The notes beneath the pieces were generated by a model, which saw only the letters and a list, made by a program, of their open reading frames with translations, did no database searches and had not been told where the DNA came from. A program made the translations under genes and the position numbers. From Sphagnum compactum (Eukaryota), in the NCBI GenBank assembly GCA_965153455.1, contig OZ234493.1, forward strand, positions 17,164,213-17,228,212: 64,000 bases of DNA, written 5' to 3'. Position 1 is the first letter of the stretch. Every line of letters starts with the position of its first letter. Shown here in pieces: positions 1 through 13,400 of this stretch.

Positions 1-2721
1 ATTTTCAATCACCATTCAATAACTTGCAAAAATCTACCATGCAAGGCCATCAGATAAACAAGATGATTTTATTTTTTTAAGAAGCTCATATTTGCAAAAG
101 GGACAAGGATCATCAAATGAATTTAAAAAAACATATAAACCATTTTATCACATGAAATCATGTTTTTTTTATAACAACAATTTAATTTTCTACCCTATTT
201 TGTAATGTCAATAATAATTTAAAAGGTTTTTATTAGTTTCAAAGATACTATGAATTCATATAATAACATATCATTAATTTTTATATTCTAGGTTTATTTA
301 GGATTTATCATCAAGCAATGACATTTGTAATGAGGATAATGTTGATCATCTACCCATATAATTAATGATATTCAAATAGAATTTTTAATTAATGATTTTT
401 CAAAAAAAACTGATGAAAGGATCATTTTTGATGATTTAATTGATGCAAACTTAATTGAAGGTATAAACACTTTAGAGTGAACCAAAACACTAAATAAAAG
501 TCACTTTTGAAAGTCCTTAACCTTTGTATTTTGATTATACTTTAAAGCTCATAAACTAGTTCAACCTTCAAATTGATCCAAATGATGTTAAAATTGGGTC
601 ACCATTTTAAATTACTTCTTACACATTTTTATCAAAGATTAGTATTAAAATTTTTTTTTAAAAAAAAGAATATGTTGCCATTTACACAAAAAATTAAATT
701 GAATATGATTCAATATTTTCTCAAATGTTTGTTTTTAAATTTGATTTTCTAACCTTAAGTGCTATCAACCTTCAAAGTGTTATATGCCAAAGTTTTAAAA
801 ACATTGGATAAACAAAATGTTGTGAAATAAAAGTCCATATTTAGTTTTAGGAGGATTGGCACAATCCATATAAAGTCTTTCTAGGATGGACCTTACATTA
901 TTTTGTCATGATTTTTTCATTGGTAAAATGTTTCATGTGTTATCTTCACATAAATGAATCCTTTTTTGTGACATCCAATAATAAGTTAAAAAATTATGCA
1001 ATAATAATAAAAACCCTACCTTGGTGACAATCTATTTCAAGCAATGTAATTTGCAACTACCCTTGACCATGAATATATAGAAAGATCTTTTTTCTTCAAT
1101 AGAAAATTCATGCAAAAATCTTTCTATATACTTATGATTGGAAAATTTGGATAGTGAAACATACCATTATTTCAATTGCTAATAACCATTAATTTTGTCA
1201 CAAGACATGCACAAAGACATTTTAGTTTATTTATTCATATTATGTATGCAATCATGCAACAATGATAAAATGACATTTTTATGTAAAATTTGTCTTGTAA
1301 ACACTCATAAATCCTTATTCAATTTTGCTAAAAATTGATTTTAGGAAATAAAAAATGTCAAATGTGAATTTCAAAGATAACATTATTCCCAAATATACTT
1401 CTTGACCCATTATTCAATCAATTGTTTTTGTATTATTGCATTTTCAAATGATTTTGTTTTTGGCTTCATCTTGATTAAGTAATTTCACAAATATATAGGT
1501 TTTAAATGCTTAGGTTTTTTTTTTTTTTTCCTTTGGAAGATGAATACTCATGTCATTGAAAACATTCTTGTAAAGGTATAAATGGGTTGATATTATAGAA
1601 CATGCACCATATAATAATGATGTGATGCATTTAATCAAAATTTCAAAACACATATCAAAATAATTTTGTAACCAAAATTTTAAAAACATAGGAAAAACCT
1701 TGAGGAAAATAATACATCTTTCCTTTTTTGGTTCATTAATTCTTTCAATTCTTTTTTTTCACATAATGCACATAATGAGTTGAACATCATTTTGGTGTTT
1801 AACACCTTAAATAAGTGCAAATTGCAATGAAGGAGAAAAACATATGTTCGTGCCCAAGCTTAGAAAACTCATTTCTTGTTCATATATCAATGACATGAAA
1901 TGCTAAAAAGACCTTGAGAGAGATGAATTTCAGTTAAAGGGTAATGATGAGATGATGCAATGTGTAACATGCAATAAGTCCTCCTTATTTACACCAACAT
2001 TAGAAACATTGAAAAACAAGGAAACAACAAATGTGATTGTGGGGCAAGAAAAAATTTCTATATGTTATTGAAATGAAAGATTAATTCTTTCTTATATATA
2101 AAATTGAAATCCATTCAATGTATTTTAATTCAATTCCAATTAAACAATTGGATTAAAATTGAATTGAATTGAATTAAAGACAATTAGTATGCAAATTGGT
2201 GGAAAATATATTCAATATCTTGTGAACAACTATGAAATGTGGGTGCAGTTCACTATCCCCCATTCATAAAACTACTGAATTCACTACTTTTCAACTAGTC
2301 CCCATCTATTAAAACTAGTTCACTCAAAATCCAATGAAATCACTTGGTGTACAAATACACCTTTTGTTATAGTATATATGTTGTTGGAAAAAATTTAATA
2401 CACAAATTTAAAAAGACACATTTCCATGCCTCTTCACTTGGGAATGAACAAACAAATTCCAATTTGGAATTGTCTAATGTACGATGACTTGAGGAACCTA
2501 AAATTGTCCTATCTAAACCAACTTCAATGAATCATCGTAATTGAAATATGACAAGGCTCAAAATAGAATAGAGCCAAACATCTGGCATAACACAAAATAA
2601 CGTGGAAGAATTAATCTAGAATGACATTGCTTATATCCCTCAAGGAATGGATTTCACACTATTTTCACAACTTTCCCTTAATTGTAAAATTCTTTAGAAA
2701 ATAAAGGTACTATATTACTTG

Positions 2722-3042
2722 TTATACACCTATGTTTAGGCACATGTATTTGTGTGGATGGTATGATGAACTATGCTCAAATCGAGAAAAATGAGAATAA
2801 AATTTATCTGATCCACTAACCCCATGCTTGCAACATGAGATATAATGTTCAATGGCAGCCTTTTGTGGAGTTGTTAATTCTTGGATTTTGCAATATTTCC
2901 TCATTTCTATAATTGTAAGTTGCATGTATTTGCACTTATTGATCACCATTTGGGTCACAATTTTTGCAGCTTCATTGTAGGAGCACCCTTTTTCTTTACT
3001 TGTTAAAAACAACAAATTGGCCACTTCTTCAGCAACCAACTC
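2722..3042 (-). pseudogene. Orphan terminal exon resembling the C-terminus of a microbial-type class I terpene synthase (MTPSL-like)
   Basis: Acceptor acaacag|GAG at 3045-3042, then ELVAEEVANLLFLTSKEKGCSYNEAAKIVTQMV...HYISCCKHGVSGSDKFYSHFSRF. This matches the pattern that follows the NSE motif in these enzymes (E..xNL..l..e.GcS..EA...v..m ... Y....W.sG...w...S.RY). No upstream exons recognised. Confidence 0.5.
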
Positions 3043-4872
3043 CTGTTGTGGATTGGATCATTCTCCACATTAGTATTAAAAATTTAAGAAAATACATGTC
3101 TGACACCTTGAACTACATTCTGGTCATGAATTTGATATTGCTAGAATTATCTGAAATAAGATTGTATTAACAAAAAGATGTCAAGAATGTTCTAGTAATA
3201 ACCTCATGGGCAGGCATTCCATTTTGCAAAATGCTCCCACACAAGGCAGGCTAGTACTGCAGGGCGTACTGCTGGTATGGTATGAATTACAGTTTTGTAA
3301 ATTCCCACAGAACCAATAGGAGGCCCCCAAAAACAGGGTTGCCTTGCTTGTTACACCACATAATGCCCCGACAACAGGGTATAACACCTGGAAGCTTATG
3401 TCAGCCTTTGGTTCACAAGGTGTAATGCCCTGCTATCAGGGCATTACCCCAATTAAGGGATTCCGAAAGTTCTCTACCTTGCCATACATAGTGTACTAAT
3501 TCACGGTGTTGTAATAATAATTCGCTTATTGAAATGGAACCTGTTTTGGCAATGTGTTTCTACATATCACACTTAATATTAGCCATTAGATATGAGGAGG
3601 TAGGATAATAACTATCAATTAAAAGATGAATGAATAGAACTATTTACCTTACGAAATGACCAAATATCATTGTCCTAGCAAACTACATCTGCAGTGGCGT
3701 CAATGAGGCGTTACATGGGTAGACTATAAAATATAAGTCTGGCTGAAATACATCTTGGAGAAACTCTTGGAGAACCTACCATGAAAAACCAATCAATATT
3801 ATTTAGTTCCTGGAATGAAATTGAAAGTTATGTGATCAGTTAAAACTGGATATGTAACTCTGTCAAAATTTGGCTTTTCAATTAAATTATTATATGTGTG
3901 TGCGCATGTATATATGTATTAGGTTTTCTTATAATTTATTTAATTTTTTTGTGGGCATCAACCCGTTTTGAACCATCTCAATGACTAGACACTGTCTAGG
4001 CCCATCATGTAAAGTATATCCTATAATTCAAACCCTGATGCCAGTTCTAGATTGATCATTATAGATACAAATGAATCACAAAAGCATCCCAGAGTCTAGA
4101 TACTTGTCTACATACAAGAGCTGGTATCACGATTCCATTGACTCTCCTTTCTTGTGTGTATGTGGAAAGTGAAGGACAGATGTTGCGGTGTAGATTGAAT
4201 GATTCCAAAAAGTTGGCAAAGGCATCCCCTTGCAGTCCTTTTGCAAACCAAAGGCTTTATCTATTGTGGTTGTTTGTTTCAACCCAGTGAGCCCAAGGAA
4301 TTGGTTGAGTCCATAGATTTTATATTGTTTATCAAGGTTTAGGAGATCTAATTGGTTTTTCACTTCCATCCAATTAGGTCATTGTTTCATCTACCTATTC
4401 GCTTGAACATAATGCACCCAATGAACTAACTGTTGCTCACAAAGAGCCTCCGATAACCCATGCAAGCTCGTAATCATAGTTACAATAGATAGAATATGAC
4501 TTGATCTTCAGGAATGAAGTTACTTGGTGATCATAAGGCTCTCATGTCAGTTGTTTCATGACAATTTCTGCCACTGGCTGCCACTGGCATCATCCATGTC
4601 CTCAATGCTCATGGAGTTCACCTGGTTCTTTGTCATTGAATAATGCCAACTGAAAAAAACCACACTAGGGTATAGAAAAACACTAATGAGGAGTGGACAA
4701 GGGACATGCTTATGTTCCCAAAATGAGGAGTAGCAGAGGTAGACAAACATATCCAGAAAGAGCTGCTCCAAGGGACTTACCTTGTGTAAAACTCAATTCT
4801 CCCAATTGAGGCTGTCAATGGCAAGGATGGATGCAGAGGTACATGTTTTGTAATGCCTGCTCTATGGCATAA

Positions 4873-5176
4873 GAGCATCTCCACCCCCACACTGGCAAAC
4901 AACTCTTTTATTTTAGAATAAAATACCGTTTAATGATCACTCTCCCCACCCACAAATGTCATAAAAGTACCTTTAAACACTCAAAGACCATTTATGTCTT
5001 TACATCTGGACCTGTAATAGTCAATGTCCAAATCCATAGTAGAAAAAAGCTTTTAAAGGTGTTAAAATGACCACTACAAAATGGACCATTAATACGAGAG
5101 AGCAGCAAGATTTGCCCTATCCTCTTGCAAGATTTAATGGAAAGGGGTGTTCGCTGGTGTGGGGGTGGAGATGCTC
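4873..5176. mobile_element. Tourist-like (PIF/Harbinger) MITE
   Basis: TIRs GAGCATCTCCACCCCCACAC... and ...GTGTGGGGGTGGAGATGCTC; flanks TAA (left) and TAG (right). Confidence 0.85.
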
Positions 5177-5926
5177 TAGGACCTTGCTATTCAGCACTCG
5201 CCCTGCATGGGATAAATTACCGGCCCACCAGTTAGACTAAAAAAGCTTTGGGAGGGCTCTACAAGATTTTAAAAGATTTGCCTCCTCCTCCAGCCCAGTG
5301 CTGAAGTTTTTGTGATACTCCTCCTTTCATATGAAGGGTATCTCATAAGTGAAACATTGTGTCATTCATTTTTTTGTGATACTCATTGAATATTGTAAGA
5401 AAAAAGGAAATAATGGAGGGCAATCCAGAAAACAAAATGTCCATCATAGTTTGGGAGGTGTTTGAAAAAACAGAAATCCTTGTAGAGTCACATTTTTGAA
5501 AAAAAGGAGGAATTCCTCCCCAAAAAAATTAAATTCAAGCAAAAGCTTCTTTAAGGTTGAAATAATCAAATTTGAAAACTTTCAAGTTTTCAAACAACTT
5601 CAATCTAGTGCTTTTTAAACAAATTATGATGTAGCTAACGTGATGATTGTCCATAAAAAGGTTTGGCCAAATTGGCTAGAAATGAACAATGAAAGTAAAA
5701 AGATCTAGGCGCCCTTCTATATTTTTGGCAATCTACTTGAATGTGATATAAAAATCTGACAATATTTGTGATATTTTTTAATTGCAAATTATGGCAATAT
5801 ATAACCCCAAAAATCATTTGATTTTGAAAAAAAAATTAGAAATCTCATACGTGACAAAACTTCACCCATAAAAGAAAGACTGCTTCAATCCTCCGTTTCT
5901 TCATGAGCACTTGAGGTTCGTTGGGG

Positions 5927-6848
5927 TCTGATACCATGTTGGAACTAGGAAAAAACAAATTGAAACTAAAAGAACATCAAAGATTTGGTTGAGGCGCTAC
6001 ACCCAATTGTAAGATCGCACAAGTTGCTACAAATTTAGGATCCTCCCTTAAGCCCTCCTAAGGTTCTAATTGAGGCGCCAAGTATTGTAGTGGACGTTAG
6101 AGCATCTCCACCCCAAAACTGTAAGCAACTCCTTTATTTTAGAAGAGAAATACCATGCAAATGGAATAATGATCAGTGTCCCCACCCACAAAGGTCATTA
6201 AAGTCCCTTTAAACACTCAAAGACCATTTATGTCTTTACATCTGGACAGGCAATAGTCATTGTCCAAATCCAAAGTAGAAAAAAACTTTTAAAGGGGTTA
6301 AAATGACCACTGCAAAGTGGACATCACAATGGACACCAATACAGGAGCGCAGCAGGATTTACACTAGGTGATCATTCTGTTTTGAACAATAGTGGACTCA
6401 AATGTGCAACAAAGGTCACTAGCCATAATTTTGCCTACCACAGTCAATATTGCAAATCAAATTTTTTGCACATCATTGTGCATTTGAGGTTGAAGTTGGG
6501 TGTGATTAGTATGGATTATAATTCATAGTTGGGATTATGCACTTGCTGAATCATTTCATGGCCCGTGCTAACAACCTAGAGGGTGGGCATATTTTATTTC
6601 GTAAAATGCCCTCAAGTTGGGCTGGTCCTTATAATGGGGTCTCCTGTCCATCCATGCGGAGGGAAATTATGACTGCCAAATTGGCATGCTTCAATTGTAA
6701 CAACCTTGGAGAGAATTCTTAGTGCATTTATAAGGCGGATTACATTTAGTAATCAAGCTTACAAAAAGAGCCCTAGAGCGGAGGGTGTGAGATTGTAAGA
6801 TCCCTAGGGCACAGGATGTAAACCATTGATTACTTCGGTTGTTACACA
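5927..6848 (-). mobile_element. LTR retrotransposon remnant (LTR plus tRNA-Met PBS), interrupted by a MITE
   Basis: Minus strand reads ...CCAACA|TGGTATCAGA (PBS at 5936-5927). A possible LTR TG start is near 6848, with a TATA-like motif near 6730. Far boundary uncertain. Confidence 0.5.
6100..6360. mobile_element. Truncated second copy of the Tourist-like MITE
   Basis: TTA|GAGCATCTCCACCCC followed by about 250 bp closely similar to 4873-5110; right TIR absent. Confidence 0.8.
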
Positions 6849-7429
6849 GTGTTGTCGTAGCAGGGCCTTACCCTATACATTATGTCATGTAATGCCCTGG
6901 CAACCAGGGCATTACCCCATCCATTCATAGTATGTAATGTCCTACTTCCAGGGCATTACCCAGTGAGGTGGCAGCAACTAGTTCATAACCAGGCAGAATA
7001 ACCACTGAAAATACCACTCTTGATTGCTGCTCCTTGTCTTCATTTCCTCCTCCTGCAAGCTGCAACATAGCTGCCCCAATTCAAGAGTCCTTGTTTCCAT
7101 ATCGCGCACCTTCGTTCAATGACCCGTTGATGCAAAGTCATGCGTCGCATGTCCAAACTCAGTCCACCATAACAGCAATCTGTTCCTTGAAAGTGAAATC
7201 ATTCATCACCCATTGATATACATACATCCTCAAGATTATTATTTTGTACCTCAGTCTCTCACGATCACCTTGTTGGTCTCAGGCCTCACCTCATTTGGTC
7301 ACACCGATGTCTTGTTTGTGGGTGGCATGCATTTGATGAATTTGGGTTATGATTTGATGATGGCATGTTAGTGTGTGTTTTTACAATTTTGTGTCTCTAA
7401 TGTCTTCTTATGTTTTTCTGTAATTCAGT

Positions 7430-10400
7430 TCTTTTGAATGTGGCAAATATTTCAAGTGAACAAGACAATTGTCCCCACAAGCATGCACATACCATCTATG
7501 ATAATCAAAAGGAACCACATCCAACTGTCATGTCATGTTTGAGAATTGAAATATGCTTGCCACTTCAAGTATGATTGAAGAGACTGAAGCTGGTAAAATG
7601 ATCATTGGGGTTTTGAGAAACCATCTAACAAAATCTTATTGTCATGTATGTTCAAGTTAGTCTTAGATGTAGTTTTTGCATTATGCTACAAAACTAGCAT
7701 TGTATCGTCAAGTTATAGGTTAGGGTATTGAGACGTGGGAAAATGTGGAACAATCTTACCATCAAGAGGTGTCTCAATTGTTGATGACATGTCCATAGCT
7801 TGTGACATTGCAAAGCGGTTTGAACAAGTTGAAACCCAAGTGAACTTTTCTTGATATATTAAGGAAGTTGAAAGAATGTTAAAATTGTTCCATTCAAACA
7901 AAGAAGAAATGTTACATCATTCCAATATTTTTCAAATGTTGCTTTAACTTCATTCTTTGAAAGTGTTTATCCCTAATTTCTTTTTATGAATGTTTGAAAT
8001 AGTGGTTGAGTTTCCAAAAAAGATCTATAAAATGGGAAGTGAACAATGGCACTCCTCAAGTCAATGGAGGTTCTTTACTAGAAGGCAACTCGCAAGAGTT
8101 ATTAGTGCAATCAACATCATCATCTTATTGCAACCCATTATTCACAAACCGTCCTTCACAAAAATCTTCTTGTATTGTGGATTATTCCTTATGCCCTACC
8201 AAGAATTGGGTTGCCTACAATAATCCTCCATATGAACAACAAAATTCTCCTCTAGAAATATATTCTAATTCTTCCCTTTAAGCAAAATCCCTTCCCAAAT
8301 CTATTTCAAAATCCTCCAAGTACACTTATTTGGCACCTTATGCTCATCTTGCTTCTATGAAGTTATCAAAGATAAAACTACTCACCATACATCACATGAA
8401 TGTAAAGCCTCATAAAACACATTACAAAAATGTTGCTTCTAAACAAAACGCTTCAAAGACTTGTTTATCATATGACCCTTTACTATCATGTATACCATCT
8501 AGGGAGTTTGCAAAAGAAGTCAAAAGTGTTGAACACATGCGCAATGGTCTTGTGACCTCCAATCCTAAAAATTTGGATCCAATGCACAACTTTCAAATGA
8601 AAGGCTTCCCAAAGAACATGCATTGCCATTGTTTACAACTTCGTTGGCCATTGATGATCCTAAACCAATTATTTCTTGCCCTTCAAATCAATCAAGGTCA
8701 CCATATGAAACTAATATTGAAAATCCATTAAATTCAATACAATATGAAGAAAACCGAACAAGATACATTTATGTTCCTTTTATAGTTCTTATAAAACTTT
8801 TGTGTAAGATTAGTATTGAAATGGATGAATATGTGTAATTTATTAAGAACATCATCAACATGAACAAAATATTTAGGAATGGGTTTCAACAATTATTATA
8901 GTACGAATTTTAACTAAGAAAAATATCTCTAATTTTAATAAGTTGTGTGACAATTTAAAAATTCGTCTTGCAAAACCATGGCAAATCAAAACAATTTGTT
9001 AAGCAAAATGGTATTGAAAAATAAGGTCATTTTTTCATGCACTAGGGATGTTAATGTGCACCACCCCTTTCTTCAAGGCAATAAAAAAAATAAAAAGATG
9101 GCATCTATAATATAGTTTAGGCCACAATTGTTGTCGATCTAGTGTCAAATTGATTTTTTTGGGCAAAATTAAAGTCTAAGCACTTATCAAATTGCATGTT
9201 GAAGATGATGTGACCTCAAAATAAATTGCTTGGAAATTGAATACTTTTCATAACATTATTTTTTTCTTTGGCAAATATTTTTTTATCTTACATGAAACAT
9301 TTGTTTCGCAACATGACAATCAAGAAGGATTTCACATGTATTTACACCATATATTTCAAAGGAATCCAACGAAAGTAAAGAGTGTGAATTGAACAAACAA
9401 AAGGTTTTAGGAAACATGATACCGATGGGCATGATCAAGCTTGGTTGGATGTCAATTTGTCATTTATAATGTTGATCTATTGGATAAAACTGTCAATTGA
9501 TCAATCAATGTATTGAGCTCTATGTGATTGTAAAAGATTGGAATATATATTTGAAATGTCATTTTTTTCCCATTTAGCAAAGTGAACATTGATGAAAGGG
9601 AAACAACTTAAGATTTTCTATGAAATAAACATTTGTAAAAAATAAAGTTCTACAAGACTTAAAGTTCAAATTTGAATCATAAAATTCCTTCAATAAACAT
9701 GAAGTTGTGTACATGTGAAACAAGTAATTCACATATATTGTTGGAGCAAAAGTGTAATGAAAATATTTTGTTTGAAAAAACCATATTAGAAACACATTCA
9801 TTCTATGTTATGTGACTCCTAGAAATGATGAATGAACTTTGATATAGTTCAACTCCTTACATACAACATTAGACACCCAAATATAAATCTAGGGTACATT
9901 CACAAATTAAAGAACCAGTATGCACCCTTAGGTCGTCCTTAAATAGTCCAATTGGTTGACATGTAATTCAGGATTGGCCAAACACTACTTAAATAATTCA
10001 TAAGTAATGATTTTTTATTATAAAACATAGTTATAATGTTTTATTTATTTGTAATATTTTATGTTCATTGGATTACTTTCAAAATTATTCAAATGTTACA
10101 TCGATATATTTAAAGTGTTGTATAAATTTATTGAACATTCATGAGACTTGGAATTATATATGATTTTTAATCATGTAAACTTAAGTAATAGTTGCACATT
10201 GAGTGGTTCCTTAATTCGTGAATGTACCTTATAGTTCAAACATTGCACAATTTGAGTGCCAATGACATCATCATTCCAAGTTTGATCATATTAATAATCA
10301 ATTGAAATGGTGATAATAGGTTAGCACCGCATTTTTGTACATGATGAATAACATTTTGATTTGAGTTGCTTATTGAATCTTACACTTGTATTGTTATGGT

Positions 10401-13400
10401 AGTTTTGCAACAACATGACAAAATGGAGGCAATGTCATTGAATGCAATAAGAAGGGATGAAGTCATGAAAGACTTGTTTGTAACATTACATGATGTCTTA
10501 TGTAGGCAATTTGAACATAAAGGCATTGAAAATATGCAAACTAAATTAGAGAATTCAAAATTGGGAACTCCCCCATTAAGATTTAAACCAAATATATCAA
10601 TCATGAAAAAAGATGTTGCCAATTTGGAAAAGGTTTCATTCTTGGCTACAAATGATAAATGTAGTGACAAAATGTGCATTGCTATTATTGGATTTTGTCA
10701 ACAACTAATTGCCTTCTTGGATCAAGGAATATACTTCAAAATTGGGTTTATGTGTTTAAAAGAAAAGGATTAAATGATGTTGCCAATTTGAATCCAGACA
10801 TTATAACCAAAGTTGAAAGTTTAATGAATGAAATTTTTATCAAGCCCAAAACCATGATGAGGACATCTGATTATAATGGTTCTAATGTAGAAGATGATAA
10901 AACCAAATTATTTCAAAAACATGAAAATCTGGTCCTTAGGATCACTCATTTACAAGATCACCATGAGGTATGCTTAAAGTTGACAATTTTTATCATAGAT
11001 GTTTCTAACCTTATAATTAGTTTATTACAAGATTGCAATCCCTTATTTTTGACATGCAATAAGATTACATTGACCTCATTTAATTGAATGTATTTTTAAA
11101 TCTTGTAATATTATTATTATATGATTCACAAAACATATAGATTTACAAAAAAACAAAAAGATGGAAAGACTTTAAACACTTACGTTCACACTAATATGTG
11201 CACCATATATGTTCCATTTTAAATTTTGAATTACAATTGAAGTTCATTTGCAATTAGATTTTAGCAATGTGAAGAAAAGGAATTACAATTTATTTAGTTT
11301 ATTTGAAAATGGAATGAATGTTATACTTTAACAATTGGTCTTGGATCATTAGGTTATAACATAATGTGAAAAAGATATAATTACATCATTATTACAAGGC
11401 CAAGAAAAGGTAATAGAGTTATCTATGCAACAAGCCCACATGGATGCAATAGTTGAATCATCAATCTTACAAAAAAAGTTGAATATGACCTCACAAAGGT
11501 TAATAGAAAAACAAATGATTTTAGATCAAAAGATGAAAATTTTGGAAGAAAATGAAGGGCAAGCTGCAATAAGAGAAAAGGATGTACAATCAAGGATTTC
11601 AACTTTGATAAAAATGCAAAAGGAACTTGACACTAAGAAAGAAGAATTTGAAAATGAAAAAATGCAAGAAACGTTTATGTCTATTAAGAAAGAAATGGAT
11701 TGTAATTTCACAACAAACGAGACAACACTATTGGAACATGAAAAGGAATTACAACGTAGAACTTGTGCAATGGAAAAGATGACACAAAAACTCAACCAAA
11801 GGCAAGACGATCTTAAGCTTTTACAAGTGGACTTGGAAAGTGATACGATGAAGTTACAAAAAACCATGGCTGATTTTGAACAAGAAAAATTGCAATTAAA
11901 AGAAGTTGAAGGGACTATATTTCAAGCACATGAATTAAATAAAAACGTTGAAAATGTTTGGGCAAAAGTTGGAGAATTCATTCAGTCTGTGAAACAAACC
12001 ATGAAGCCTAAGGAAGACCAATTATGTATAAAAGAGCAAGACCTCTTAAAAAAAGAAAGTGAATTAAAAGAGCTTGATTTATAAACGAAGAGTGAATGAG
12101 AAAAATTAAAAGTTAGTTCATAATTACATATTAATTATTCTAATTATTGATTACACTTATCATTTTGAATCTTAATGACAATAATGTAATAAAACTTCCA
12201 AATGTTGAAAAAACTAACAAAAGGTGGAAGACGAACAAATCTAATGATTCATTTTGACATCCTTCACCTATTCCCTCACTTGGCCACATCTATGGTACTT
12301 AATCGTTGTGGTTCAATGTTATTGATTTTTATAGACATTGATCTTTCATTGTAGGTGATGCAAACAAAGCTTGTGAATGAACAACAAGCATGGAATGAAG
12401 AAATAAAATCCAAACAAGAAAATATCACAATTCAAAGTGAAACACTAGAATTTAAAGAAGCAAATATGAAAAAGGACATAGGGATTTTGGTAGAGGAAAA
12501 AGGTGTACAATAGAAGAGATGAAACATCTTTTGGAGATGAAAGTTAAAACAAAAGTTGTAGAGAAGGAATTGCATGCCAAACATGAAAAACACATTCAAG
12601 ATGTAAGTGCATATTACTTGTGACCCATTCCAAAGTTGGGGTTAATTATCATATATATATATGATATGTATCATTTGATTTAAAAACCACTTGTTGTTGG
12701 AATTAGGTTTCTACGCATGCAATGAATTACAATGCTCAAATGGAAGAACTCCGAGCAACAAAATAAAAGGTTGAAAAAGAACAAAAAGATGTTTGTAGTA
12801 CAAAACGAGATCTTTTAATTTGGCAATAAGAAGCTGAGGAGACCTTGAAAAATGAATCGATAGTTTTATCATTGGAAAGGAGGAACTTGCAACACAAATA
12901 CAAGAACTAGTTACATCTACATCACCACTTTTCAGTTTGAAGAAGAAGGAAATTTAACTTTTAGGTTGATTTCTTATCCATTACTACATGATGATATGGA
13001 TAATTTCAAATGGTAATTTTTGGAAAATCATGAAATCATTTTCCTTTGAATATTCACCTTAATATTGATGAAACTTGACAATGATAGAGAAAACTTCAAA
13101 CATATATAGAACAAGCTAGAGCACAAATTATTGAAAAAATGGTTAACCGAGATCAAGCTACCACAAAACTTAATTGCTATCAACATAAGCTTGAAAAATC
13201 AAATAAGAAGTTGGAATTTTGGGCTGACAAATTGACTACACAACAAAATCTTTTCAGCACAAAAGAATGTGACTTAAGAAACCAAATATACACCTATGAC
13301 ACAAGTTCTTAAAGGATGAATGTCACCAATTTTGTCATCATTTCAATCTATTTGGATAATTTTAACATTTTATGTGTGAATTTTTTTGAATGCAAGGAGG

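Noticed and set aside
1-2700. AT-rich stretch with faint transposon-like remnants
   Set aside because: Too degenerate to assign boundaries or family.
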